Shown piece after piece: positions 1 through 12,000 of a stretch of DNA of 64,000 bases. Both the position numbers and the translations under genes were made by a program. How positions within the stretch are numbered: the stretch's first letter is position 1; every line of letters starts with the position of its first letter. Source of the DNA: Macrostomum hystrix (taxonomy: Eukaryota; Animalia; Platyhelminthes); NCBI GenBank assembly GCA_950097015.1, contig CATNEN010000039.1, positions 3,596,001-3,660,000 on the forward strand, read 5' to 3'. Below the pieces are notes generated by a model. The model saw only the letters and a list, made by a program, of their open reading frames with translations. It was not told where the DNA came from and made no database searches.

Positions 1-316
1 GAGCGATCTCTCCTGCGGAGCTCCCAATTTGAACCCAATCTAGCCATTGTCTGTCACTTTTTAATTCAGTTCTCACGCCTGCGACCTGCTATTCTCAGTA
101 GTGAGTGTTGTTTGGTATAAATTATCAACAGCAACTTGGCTCACTGCTGCGCGTGATTTCTAGTTTTCAATCTGACTGAGGCTAAACAAAGGGATAATTC
201 ATTTAGGCGGAAAAGTACAAGTAATATAGGTACTGCTGCAACCTACTAATCACCTGAGGTTTATTATTTAATAAAATCTGACATTTCCTATTGCAGGTTC
301 GCCAGCCGGACTCGCC

Positions 317-778
317 ATGTTTCTAGCCGCTTCCAGATCAGTTCGTTCGGCACTGAGTCTGTCGCCACGCTCTCTGACGGCCGCGCTATTTTCGACATCT
401 TCCGCATCAACACCCGGCTCGATGCACGCCAAGATTGCGGAGATGGTCAAGGCCAACAAGGTGGTCGTGTTCATGAAGGGCGTGCCGGAGGAACCCCGCT
501 GCGGCTTCTCCAACGCCGTCATCAAGATTTTGGCTTTCCACGGTCTGAAGCCGGGCGAATACTCCGCTCACAATGTCCTGGAGGATGAGCAGCTGCGTCA
601 GGATATCAAGACGTTTAGCGACTGGCCAACGATCCCGCAGGTCTACTTCAACGGCGAGTTCATCGGCGGCTGCGACGTCATGATTAAGATGCACCAGAAT
701 GGCGAACTCATTGAAGAGCTGAAGAAGGTTGGCATTAAGTCCGCCCTGCTGGCCGCTGCCGAGGAAAAAAAGCAGTAG
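317..778 (+). CDS. GLRX5: Mitochondrial monothiol glutaredoxin 5 (single exon)
   Basis: 153 aa with an Arg/Ser-rich N-terminal presequence, VVVFMKG, CGFS active site, WPTIPQVY and GGCD motifs. Acceptor tttcctattgcag ends at 296. Confidence 0.95.
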   Translation: MFLAASRSVRSALSLSPRSLTAALFSTSSASTPGSMHAKIAEMVKANKVVVFMKGVPEEPRCGFSNAVIKILAFHGLKPGEYSAHNVLEDEQLRQDIKTFSDWPTIPQVYFNGEFIGGCDVMIKMHQNGELIEELKKVGIKSALLAAAEEKKQ

Positions 779-1074
779 AAATTATTGGAACCTGATTATT
801 CTGCTTGTTATATTTGTTTCATTGTACTATTGTGAACTTTAGTATCAATTTTCAATTTGAAATCAAACCATTTATATTTTTTGTCTAACTTGTAAAGTGC
901 TCATTTTATCCTCCCTAGAATGGGAATCACAGGATAACCCAACCGTTGGTGTTTCAGTGTTTTCAAAGTCGCGTTTTTTGAACTTTCGGAATAAATTTCC
1001 ATACTTGCCCATTGCAGTTCATAAAAAAGCTGGTTTTAGTTTGCGTTTATTCTGAACATTTTTACGCCACACAC

Positions 1075-1165
1075 TACTATAGGTAGTGTAGCTAGTACTA
1101 CAGGTAGTGTAGCAAGTACAATATATAGTGTAGCTAGTACTATAGGTATTGTAGCTAGTATTACC
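1075..1165. repeat. Short tandem repeat, ~21-bp unit (GTAGCTAGTACTACAGGTAGT-like), ~4 copies
   Basis: Seen directly between GLRX5 and the C5orf22-like acceptor. Confidence 0.7.
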
Positions 1166-1207
1166 TACTATTGGTAATACAAACTCGTATTAATTTATTT
1201 ACTTCAG

Positions 1208-2515
1208 GTTAAACGGCCTCAACCAATTCGGGTGTTTGTTCGCGAGCCGCACCATGAGGTGCTGCTCGATATTTACCGCCTCATCGGCTCCAAACGCTTG
1301 CCATTCTCTCGCCTGACTCTGCTGCACCTGGACTCGCATCCCGACCTGCAGCTGCCACCGGGACTCACGCCAGCGGAATGCCTCGACGCTGGTCCTGACG
1401 GAGCGCTGCAGTCGCGTCTCAGCATCGGCAGCTGGATTCTGCCGGCTGTTTACGCCGGGCACTTTGACAGCGTCTCTTGGCTGAGGCCACCCTGGGCCGA
1501 CCAGCTGCCAGATATTCAGCGTGAGATAGTTCGCATTGGTACTTGTCCAGCTGAGTCAACTGGTGCGGCTTCCAGCGACACTCCTCTTCGCCTGGACTGT
1601 AGTCTGGCCTACTTTGCCGCCGAGTGCATGTACTGTCGTCATTTAACTGATGAGACAGGGTCAGTTGGAGAAGGCAAGTTCCAGGAATTTCGCCTCTGCT
1701 CGCATGATTTTGATGCCATTTCGGGTTACTCTGAGAGTCCGGCCTGCGATTGCGTCGGGGATGCGGGTCTTGGCCAGGCCTCGGCCTACGTTGTGGACCT
1801 AGATTTGGATTATTTTTCAACACAAGACGCGCCAGCAAAATGGCTGCCAGCTGATCTGATCGCCGCTGCCCGCAGAGTCTACGGATGGCGGGATGACGAC
1901 GTGCTGAAGTTGGACGGACCAGCTTTGGAGACGGCCTGTAAGCAAAGGGAGAAGCGGCTAATGAGGCTTGCTCGAATCATGGCCGAGGTTGCAGCCGAGA
2001 GTGACGTGACCGAAAAAAACAGAGCTTCTGGATCTTGCGATGAGAATTTGAAAGCTGGTGACAAATCAGATTTCACAGTGGCTAGTCGTTTGGACACAAC
2101 GGCAAATGGCGATGGTCAATATAATGATGCTGCTGATAATGTTTCTGAGGTGGGAGATGGTTTGGAAGCAGATCGAGTCGCTCTTCGTTCGCTACTCGTT
2201 GAAGCTCGCCGTCTGGGCACCTGGACGCCGGAGGATCTGCACGAGGTGCTCAGCGGTCAGGACGGTCTCAGTGGCGACCTGCCGCATCGGGTTTCGTCGC
2301 CCGAAGAGATTCGGTTAATGGCCAGAAAATTTGGCGACTGGCTCGGCCGACTGTCAGCTCGCTACGGCCCGCCAGCTTGCGTCACCATCGCCAGATCCTC
2401 GCTTGACGACTATTGCCCACCTGATCAGGTGGAACTCATTCAGACTGAAGCAATTGCCTGCTTGCGCACCGCGCTGGAACCCTACGGAATTGTGGAGGTT
2501 ATTTGCAACTACTGA
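1208..2515 (+). CDS. UPF0489/C5orf22-like protein with no genomic ATG; ORF opens at a splice acceptor
   Basis: VFVREPHHEVLLDIYRLIGSKRLP, LLHLDSHPDL, LSIGSWILPAVYAGH, DLDLDYFST, LPHRVSS and TIARSSLDDYCPPDQVELIQ match C5orf22 family blocks. Acceptor ttttacttcag ends at 1207; 1208 is in frame with the ORF; in-frame TAA at 1175-1177. Confidence 0.85.
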   Translation, partial: VKRPQPIRVFVREPHHEVLLDIYRLIGSKRLPFSRLTLLHLDSHPDLQLPPGLTPAECLDAGPDGALQSRLSIGSWILPAVYAGHFDSVSWLRPPWADQLPDIQREIVRIGTCPAESTGAASSDTPLRLDCSLAYFAAECMYCRHLTDETGSVGEGKFQEFRLCSHDFDAISGYSESPACDCVGDAGLGQASAYVVDLDLDYFSTQDAPAKWLPADLIAAARRVYGWRDDDVLKLDGPALETACKQREKRLMRLARIMAEVAAESDVTEKNRASGSCDENLKAGDKSDFTVASRLDTTANGDGQYNDAADNVSEVGDGLEADRVALRSLLVEARRLGTWTPEDLHEVLSGQDGLSGDLPHRVSSPEEIRLMARKFGDWLGRLSARYGPPACVTIARSSLDDYCPPDQVELIQTEAIACLRTALEPYGIVEVICNY

Positions 2516-3009
2516 CTTTGTAGAGTTCAAAATTATAGAAGGAACAAGGTGGGGGATTATGCTATGAAGATTGGCACTGGTATATTGTTTGCTCAATTTC
2601 TTGCGTTGCTTTAAAGCACATCAAGACGACAGCTATAAATTTCCAGCTGTCATATCATTGTACTTTTTCTATTAGTCTTATTATTGCATTGCATCTAATG
2701 CTAAATTTCGGACTGAAATAAAAAATTTTTATTACTGCGTTTTTTGTTCCTATTGCATCCTCCGTCCTTATTTTATTCAGATTTTTCAAGGAAAATCGCA
2801 AACTGGTCACGCTGATAAGTACCCTGATCTTGACTGTACACATCAAAGCCTTTGTCTTACAAGTCAAGAATTCGTCGTCAAACAACTAATTTGACTAAAA
2901 TAGACATCAGGCATATCTTGAGCAGAAGTTTCAAGTTGCTCAACGTTGCGTTCCAGTCTCAGCTTTAACAATCACAAAATACAGCCATCGAACTTATTTC
3001 TCCAGCGCA

Positions 3010-4803
3010 ATGTCCAATCAGGCATCGAATCCAGTGTACCTGGACTACAATGCCACCAGTCCAATGTCGGCTCAGTGCCGTGACGCGGTGATAGAGGCCA
3101 TGTACAATGGCTGGCAGAATCCCAGCGTTTGCTCGCGTGCTCGCATCATTGTTGAATCTGCTCGCCGCTCTGTTGCCGACCTGCTCGGCTGCGAATCGTC
3201 TGCTGTGATATTCACATCCGGTGGTACGGAGAGCAACAACTGGGCTGTGAAGGGGGCTGTCACATTGTTTCGCGATCTGGGCTTACCAGAGGGATCTCGA
3301 CCGCATATTGTGGCCAGCTGCATTGAGCACGACTCGATTCGCAAACCCCTTGAAAGACTGGTTAAGCTGGGCCGCGCGGATGTCACCTGGTTGCCTGTCG
3401 ATCCTGATAGCGGAGCGCTGACAGATCCTTGCCAGGTTCTCGATGCGCTGAGATGGGGCAGCACCTGCTTGGTCACGGTGATGTGGGCTAATAACGAGAC
3501 TGGAGCGATTTTCCCTATACGCGAGGTGATTGATTCTGATTGATTTTTGCAACTGCGTGAGCCTTACTACGTACGATAAAGCTGGCAACCCCGATACCTC
3601 TTAAACACCAGTTTTTAACAATACTACAATAACCTAATTTAGGCAGTGAAGACCCTGTTTAGTGAGTCATAGTTAAATCTAGATGGTCAGGGCCCAGATT
3701 TTTCCGTCTCCGTTAAAACTAGATGGTCAGGACCTTGATTTTTCTGTCGCCGCTAAAGCCATATTTTCAGGGCCCTTATTTGAGAGTCAACGTTGAAAAT
3801 TAATGGTCCGGACCCAGATTTTTTACTCTCCGTTGAAGCTTCCTGGTCAGGACCCTGATTTGTCAGTCGCCATCGAAGCCAAATGATCAGGACCTTGATT
3901 TCTTGTGATTTTGACACCCTCAGATTGCTGATGCACTATTGCAATGGCGCGACCTTAACAGCCAATCAGCAACGAGCTACGCTAACTCTGGCCTGCCGCT
4001 GTTCCACTCGGACGCCTGTCAGGCTATTGGCAAAGTGCCAGTTCACATAGCCAATGGTCTAGATTTGCTCAGCGTTGCCGGCCACAAATTTCAAGGTCCG
4101 CGCGGCGTCGGCGCGCTCTTCAGCCGGCGCCAGCTGTCGCCAATGCTGATTGGAGGTGGCCAAGAAGGCGGGGCACGGGCCGGAACAGAGAACACCCCCG
4201 GATTGGCTGGCCTGGCTGCCGCATCGCGATTGGCTAAAGAGCGACTAGAGAGCGGCCTAGTTGAACAATTAGCCGCTGTGCGAAACCAACTGCGAGACAA
4301 ACTGGTAGGGCCTTGATTCCTTCGGTGACATCGCTCTGAAATCAGCGAGCCCATCGATCAACACTTCGCGCGTCCCTTTTTAGCTAGCGGCCGTTAACAA
4401 CGCCGAGATGGCTGCGTCTACCGGCTTTCGCCTGATTGTGAACAACGATTTTCCACGCGGCCGCATTCTGCCGAACACGCTCAACCTGTCCCTGCTGGCT
4501 GCGGTGTCGTCTGGTTCAACACCAGGCGCCGATGTCGAAGCCGCGTCGGTTCGCAATTATATTTTAGCGCGGCGCGGCATTCTGGCCAGCGCTGGCTCAG
4601 CCTGTCACGCGGCCAGCTGGCCGCAGCCGTCAGCTGTGCTGCTGAAGACTGGCGTTTCGGCTGAGGCGGCCGGTGCCGCGCTTCGACTGAGCGTCGGTCC
4701 GGACACCTCCGTGGCGGATGTCGATCGGGCTGTTGGCGAAGTTGTTGCCGCCCTGCGCCAGTGGCGCCTGGACCATCCGCGTGCTGTTGATTCACTCAGC
4801 TGA
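3010..4803 (+). CDS. SCLY: Selenocysteine lyase (PLP-dependent, class V); exons 3010-3525, 3924-4304, 4384-4803
   Basis: [32 protein letters not shown] (SCLY-type rather than NFS1), [20 protein letters not shown] (PLP lysine), [24 protein letters not shown]. Both GT-AG introns are phase 0 and join the three ORFs in frame. Confidence 0.85.
3681..3905. repeat. Diverged 40-bp tandem repeat, ~5.5 copies, in SCLY intron 1
   Basis: Units at 3681, 3721, 3761, 3801, 3841 and 3881 share (TGG)TCAGGACC..GATTT. Confidence 0.75.
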
Positions 4804-5254
4804 TTGCAGATGCTCCGCATAGAAGAATCGACCCCCTACTTGTAGAGCGCATTGTTGTTAGTTGTTTGCTTGAACTTCTCTGGTTTCGGTATTGTTTTTG
4901 CTTTTTATCGGACGCAATTTTTTTGTTGCAACAATCAACGAAGTGGCAGTCAATTATGTGTTTCTTTTGAAGTTCGTGTTCAAATGGTAACACAGTTTTG
5001 TGTTTTCATTTTTTCTGATACAGCTGTTTATTAATGATCTTTAACCTCTACATGTTTTCACATTTTGGTTCTATTCAGTTTTGCTATTTTAGAAAGCTTG
5101 TTTCAACTTGTACTCACTGTGCTGTGCCAAAATATAGCATTATAGATTTGATTTTCGATTTCAATGTGTCTATATCTTACTTTTTCTTGCCACTTTTCTG
5201 TTGTAAAATAACTTTTTAGTCGGTCACTCAATACTCAGTCAGCTCCCTCCTCTG

Positions 5255-5978
5255 TCTGATGTTTTCCTCCTCTCCGTCGGTTGTTTCCCTCCTCTCCGTC
5301 GGTTGTTTCCCTCCTCTCCGTCGGTTGTTTCCCTCCTCTCCGTCGGTTGTTTCCCTCCTCTCCGTCGGTTGTTTCCCTCCTCTCCGTCGGTTGTTTCCGT
5401 CCTCTCCGTCGGTTGTTTCCCTCCTCTCCGTCGGTTGTTTCCCTCCTCTCCGTCGGTTGTTTCCCTACTCTCCGTTTGTTGTTTCCCTCCTCTCCGTAGG
5501 TTGTTTCCCTCCTCTCCGTCGGTTGTTTCCCTACTCTCCGTCTGTTTTTTCCCTCCTCTCCGTCGGTTGTTTCCCTCCTCTCCGTCGGTTGTTTCCCTCC
5601 TCTCCGTCGGTTGTTTCCCTCCTCTCCGTCGGTTGTTTCCCTCCTCTCCGTCGGTTGTTTCCCTCCTCTCCGTGGGTTGTTTCCCTCCTCTCCGTCGGTT
5701 GTTTCCCTCCTCTCCGTCGGTTGTTTCCCTACTCTCCGTCTGTTTTTTCCCTCCTCTCTATAGGTTGTTTCCCTACTCTCCGTCGGTTGTTTCCCTACTC
5801 TCCGTCTGTTTTTTCCCTCCTCTCCGTCGGTTGTTTCCCTCCTCTCCGTCTGTTGTTTCCCTCCTCTCCGTCTGTTGTTTCCCTCCTCTCCGTCTGTTGT
5901 TTCCCTCCTCTCCGTCTGTTGTTTCCCTACTCTCCGTCAGTTTTTTCCCTACTCTCCGTAGGTTATTTCCCCGCTCCG
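5255..5978. repeat. 22-bp pyrimidine-rich minisatellite (CTCCGTCGGTTGTTTCCCTCCT)n
   Basis: Seen directly; lies between SCLY and RPF2. Confidence 0.97.
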
Positions 5979-6052
5979 TACATTGTCAAGACCTGACGCG
6001 TCCAATCACAGCGGAGAATGCACTAACCCAGCCGCCGCATTCCGCAGCAGTC

Positions 6053-9000
6053 ATGTCCGCCGCAGCGACCAACAGTGTGATAAAGCCGAAAACTCAGGCC
6101 GGCAAGCGGGCCGTGGCCAGGCGCGAAGAGAAGGTGACTGAGAACACCAAGACCTGCCTGCTCATACGCGGCGGTCACACCAGCGAAGCCATCACCGCCT
6201 GCCTGAAGGATCTGTACAGTCTGAAGAAGCCGCACGCCCTAATGCTGAAGCGTCGCAATCCTATCAGACCGTTTGAAGAGGCCGGCTTCGTAGAGCGCAT
6301 GGGTCGCAAGTACGACTGCTCTCTGTTCGCCTTCGCCAGCCATTCGAAGAAGCGGCCTAATAATCTGGTGCTAGGCCGGCTGTTCAACTATCAGCTGCTA
6401 GACATGGTCGAATTTGGCGTTGAATCCTATCAGCCATTGTGCACTTTTCCTGTGGCCAAGGTGCCCGTTGGCACCAAGCCGTGCCTCACCTTTCAGGTAA
6501 AACTAGCTGTACTCACTCAGTATTTAATGGTGCCATTCATTACTCAATCTCACTGTGCAAGAAATGTGCAATCCAGAGTTCAAGTGTAGTTGGAATAGGT
6601 ATAGCACTGCCCGTTCAAATTCGCTAAAACCGCGAATCGCCTTGATGTTAAAAAATTGCCACTCGTAATTTCTCTTCTTTTGGCTTAATTCAAATTTAAG
6701 TATTATTAATATTTTTACTATAGCTTCTTTCGATAACTCAATTTTGGTCTCATTCTCAAACAGGGCGAAGAGTTTGACAGCGATCCGATCCTGGGCGCCA
6801 TCAAGAACCTGCTGCTGGACCTGTTCCAGGGCCCGCGGGTTGAAAAGATTCGCCTGCAAGGCTTGGAACACCTGATTCAGTTCTCCTATTGTGAGGAGAA
6901 AATTCTAGTCAGGTAGGGCGTCCTTGGTTATGTTTATCGCTTATTGTCTTTCAGGATCTGCATTCGATCCCTTCAGGAACCGCATTATCTTCCTTCAGCA
7001 GCAGTCTCCTATTCCTTCAGTCAGCAGCTGTCTTATATTCCTTCAGTCAGCAGCAGTCTCCTATTCCTTCAGTCAGCAGCAGTCTCCTATTCCTTCAGTC
7101 AGCAGCAGTCTTCTATTCCTTCAGTCAGCAGCAGTCTCCTATTCCTTCAGTCAGCAGCAGTCTTCTATTCCTTCAGTCAGCAGCAGTCTCCTATTCCTTC
7201 AGTCAGCAGCAGTCTCCTATTCCTTCAGTCAGCAGCAGTCTCCTATTCCTTCAGTCAGCAGCACTCTTCTATTCCTTCAGTCAGCAGCAGTCTCCTATTC
7301 CTTCAGTCAGCAGCAGTCTTCTATTCCTTCAGTCAGCAGCAGTCTCCTATTCCTTCAGTCAGCAGCAGTCTCCTATTCCTTCAGTCAGCAGCAGTCTCCT
7401 ATTCCTTCAGTCAGCAGCAGTAGTATGGGTTAGCAGAACCCTGCCGAACAGTGGAGAGATAGGAGCGCCCGCGGGTGGCGGGGCTCGCTCGAGGTTGACC
7501 GAGTGTGGGGCATTGGCCGCACGTGGGGTGGTGGGGGCCAGGGGAAGGATTGTAGAACCCAGCCGAACAGCGAGATAGGAGCGCCCGGGTGGCGGGGCTC
7601 GCAGAGCTTGATTGGGGTTGGGTTGGTTGCGTTCATATTTTTACACTGGGACTGGCTAACACCGCAGTGATAGGAGGAGATACAAATTGTTGACGTCAAG
7701 AGGAATTAAGTCACTCTTCGGAGCTTGATGCTGTTGCTGAGCATAGCTCTCATCTTCAGCATCATCACTGCCGGAATTTGCATCGACCTGATAAATGTTG
7801 ACAAATGTGATGCCTCCTCGAATCCCTTGCTCAAACATTCGGTACACGTCCGCGTCGGTTAGGAGCTCCGGTTTTGTCCCAGTTGTCTTTAGAGCGGAAT
7901 CGAATAACAGTCCAGGTATAGTGACATGATGGAGGGATCTAACCCATCATCCTGAAGGCTCAATTTTCGAAAACACTCGAAAAAATCTGCCAATTGGCGA
8001 GCGTCTAGCTCTAAGTAGCTCCTCATGTAATCGGCAAGGTTCTGGCAATCGAATTCGTGCCAAGCTCGCTGAGCATGATTGTAGTCAGCGTCACTGCACT
8101 CAGACTTCGTCAGCGTGTTAAAAAATCCTTCTGATCTGGTAACGTCGTGACTAATAATTCGGCGCTGCCTTGCAGAAAATCGTAAGGAAAGACTCCTTTG
8201 GCAAGCAGAATTTCTTCAGAGACATTGGGAAGCATGTTCCTCATTTGCATTGTCACGTGACACTCACTAGCCTCCATGTTCCGCATCAGGCTGTCCAGGC
8301 CACAGTTTAGAAACTAGGGAATCAAGAAATTGCAGGAAGAACGATATCAGCTTCTGCTTTCCATTCGCTTCAACACAGTGGAAAAAATTAAGTGCACATT
8401 ATAGCCAGCGAGATAATAGGCAAAAAGCGACGCTTGAGTTGAGCTCTCATGTTACAATCAGCACAGGATGCCCCTTTGAACTGGCCCGTCAGATGATCAT
8501 GGTCCCAGTGTTTCTGAGAAGAGTCTGAAAAGGCCATTCTGCAGCGATAGCAAGCAGTAGAATCGGTGAATGTCTTTTCACTCTCAGCGCTAAAAGCCTT
8601 AGGTTGGTGGCTGTGCGTCTTATTCCACAGATAGATTTCAATTTTTCGACACAACTCTCAGAATCAGTCTCACAAAAAAGCTTCAGACAAGCGTCCGCGT
8701 GTCGCAATTGAGGACCCCCCTTTGGAGAAGGATGTAGCCAGCGGCTGCGGAATGATGCTCTGTAAGGTGCACCATTCCACTGTTTGGCGATGAAGCACCA
8801 GGGTTTTCGAATGCGCTATCAATCAGGCTTGTTGAGACTGCTGCTTCAGAGCACGGAGAATTGAAATCGGCATAGGCAACAAACGGAGGCGATATGGTGT
8901 TTTGCCAGTTGCTGAATTGGAGTGTGCAGTTCTTCTCGACACTTAGCATCACCTCTCGAACAGTGCACTCATCACTTTGATAGCAGTCCTGTCTATGCTT

Positions 9001-12000
9001 TTCCACTCGCTCCTCCTCAGAGCGAAATCCTGGCAGGCAGCGCTCGCACCACTTTCGCTGGTGGAGACCATCTTTGCTGTTGAGTAGTCGATTCAAACTG
9101 ACAATACCACACCAGTGCGCTTGATGTGCGACAACTTCTTCATCATCCTCCTCTTCAGCATTGTTGCTGCTGCTGCACAAATAAGAGGGGCACTACGAAA
9201 GTTTTTAGCCACGTCTAAACGGAAACAGCTATGAAGCTGGAATTTTCACAGCTTCTCAAAGTATTCTCCACCAGCCTGGATGCAGCGTCTCATCCTCTCA
9301 AACCAGTTGACAAAGCAGTGGTGCAACTCAGAAGTCGACACCCCTTCCACCATCTCGTCGAATGCATCAGCAGCAGTCGAAAACGCAGTCGAAAATCGGC
9401 GACCACGTAGCAAATCTTTGACTTTAGGGAACAAAAAAGTCACACGGTGCCAGATCAGGCGAGTATGGCGGGTGACTGGTCAGCTGCAGTCCCTGAGTCT
9501 GCAGGAACTGCCGTGTTGCCTTGAGCCGTGTGAGCGCTCGCGTTGTCCTGATGCATGCAGCGTCAGGCCTCGGACACCTGACTTCGGGCGCGTCCTGCTC
9601 AGGCTGTGAATTACCTGCGGCAAGCAGACGCTGGTATACCAGGCCGCAGTCACCGTGCGCTGGTCCAGCAGCCGCACAGTCGCCACGTGACCTGAGCGAC
9701 GGAAAAAAGTCGCGACCATTTGCTTGCCGGTGCTCCTGCCCCGCACGACCTTCGTTGGCGGCACCTCGTCCGGAAACGCCCACACCTGTGACTGGCACTT
9801 GCGCTCTGGCTCGCAGCAGTAAACCAAAGTCTCGTCGCATGTCACAATGTCGGCGACATTATCCGCCGGTCAGCTTCTACCAGCTGGCGGACACGAGCCA
9901 CTATTTCTGGTGTCGTGGCAGTGGAAGGTCGACCCATCCGCTCCTTGTCTTCCAACGAGTCTCGGTCACGACGAAACTCGCGGAACCAGTTGCTGACGGT
10001 CGCAAGTGATGGAGCAGCTTCTGGGAAAGCCGCTGACAACCTTTCGTGGCTCTAGTGGCTAAATGCTGCGAGATATTTGCGTGAAATTTGATTCATCATG
10101 GTGAATATATATATTGTCCTGTAAGCCTGTGAAAAATTAATCTGATAGGACAAACAGCTGAGGTCTAGCTAAAAACTTTCGTAGTGCCCTCGTAGAGCAA
10201 TAGAATGACACGCCTTCCTGCCACAACTTAGGCCTTCGGTTGCCTCAATACTTCCGCACGCCCTCTTAGCCACGTAAGTGCAGTGAAACAAAAGTTCGGA
10301 TTCTGATTCTCGATGGCATCCAGTTGTTTAGAGTTACCGGCTGGGAAGCCCCATCTAGATTGAGCTTATCTAGCCAAGGTGCATACGTTGACAGCGAATG
10401 GGGAGACTTGCGCAACGTCTCTGAGCCATGATGAAGAACTGCGAGGCAGGCATATACTCGTAGAAAGCAGTTGTCTCTCTCACTTGGTGCATTTATGACT
10501 GCTTTCTTTCGCTTGAGCGCTTCGGGCAAGGCAAAGTTTTGGCTTCGTTCAATGTAAAATCGGATCAGGTCTCCCTGAGCAATGCCTGTGTGATCTCTCC
10601 CTGAGCATCCAAAGAATGGGCAACGTACCATTGGTGTTTAGGCAGTCGATCATTCGCTCACGCGCCTACTTGGCGAGCCCACCAATCCTCGAACTCTTCA
10701 ATCGAATTGATTTCTTCAAGACAGCTACTGATCCACTTATCTTCTTCTGAAATCACCTCACCAGCTCTCATTCTCTTCATCTGCACGTTGAAACGCAACT
10801 GAGCGCGGACTATCCTGTTAGAGTCAGTTAGCTGATCAGAAAGTGCTTTCCTTACTAGAACCTTGCATGATCTGACGAAAGCGTGTGCTTCGAGTCCTTC
10901 CTGCCTGGGAGCCATACGAAAAACTTGAAGGATGCCATTGTGAGCTCTGATGACCTGAACTTAAGGAGCACCTGTGGAAGTAATTGAATAAATCGAATTA
11001 GTTTTGTGATGCAATATAAATATACATATGCACGCTGGAGAGAGAATATAATGAATATTGATTAAAAATCGCTGATTTTATTCCATTTTTATGTTTCCGA
11101 CGCCGCCGGAATGACATGTTATGATGTCGCCGACTGCAATGCCTTTGTTTGATAATGTCGTGACGACAGTAGCACGAATGCAATGATTTGTGTACTTGCG
11201 TGATAGATTCGCCCTTGTAGAGATCCGAACCATCATGTCGTTCAGGGTGTTCTTACCGAGAACTTGAGTTGCGCTGTACCACTGTTCCGTAGAGAATTTC
11301 GCCAACGGCCTTGGAAACAAATCACTCACACCAGGAGGCAGCAAGGTTAAATAAAGACGCACCGCGGCAACAGGACACGTTGATGGGTTATTGGTGGCAT
11401 ACATCTTAATCTGCTTTCCCGTAGATGAGTTGGCAACATTAGTTGTCTTCTCTTTACCGGACATGACCAAGTCGATGCAGGCAGTCCCAGCCTCCTCAGA
11501 GAAGACAATAGCGTCCTTCGTTAGCTGGCGAAGCCACTTGCGTCCTCTGAAGCCAAAATGCGTACACAACTTGTAGAAAACCTCATCTTGTAGTTTCACA
11601 GGCTTTCGATTAAAGTACGATCCGAGCTTCACAACATCCTCGTCGGTGATGGCTTGAAAGCCGCTCTGCTCTCCAACGTGTCTGTTCCGTTTCACGGATG
11701 CGGCTAGAGTAGCTTTGTAGGTCTTGTCAAACTTCTGAAAGGCTACATTGCCAATCACTTCCAAATCCCTCACCTCTTTGAAGTGACGATGGAGGCTGGC
11801 ACGAAAGCCTGCCAACGTGCTGACGCTGTAGGCATCTCCGTCTGCCCTTTGTAGGGATGCAAACCATAAGCGCATGTACTCAACAAGATACCTTAGAGGC
11901 ATGCTGTCAATACAATCAGAAAGATTCTGCTTGCGCAAAAATGTCTTAAATTGCTCCACAAACTGTCTTGTTTTTGCATCTGTAGAGGCTACGCGAGAGG

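Noticed and set aside
3010-4803. Cysteine desulfurase NFS1 forming an Fe-S gene cluster with GLRX5
   Set aside because: No mitochondrial presequence, and the EHDSIR and ACH motifs fit SCLY better than NFS1.
5259-6052. Long ORFs through the 22-bp repeat, including a 428-aa ORF fused to RPF2
   Set aside because: Stop-free repeat artefact. RPF2 homology begins at ATG 6053, after a branch point and acceptor.
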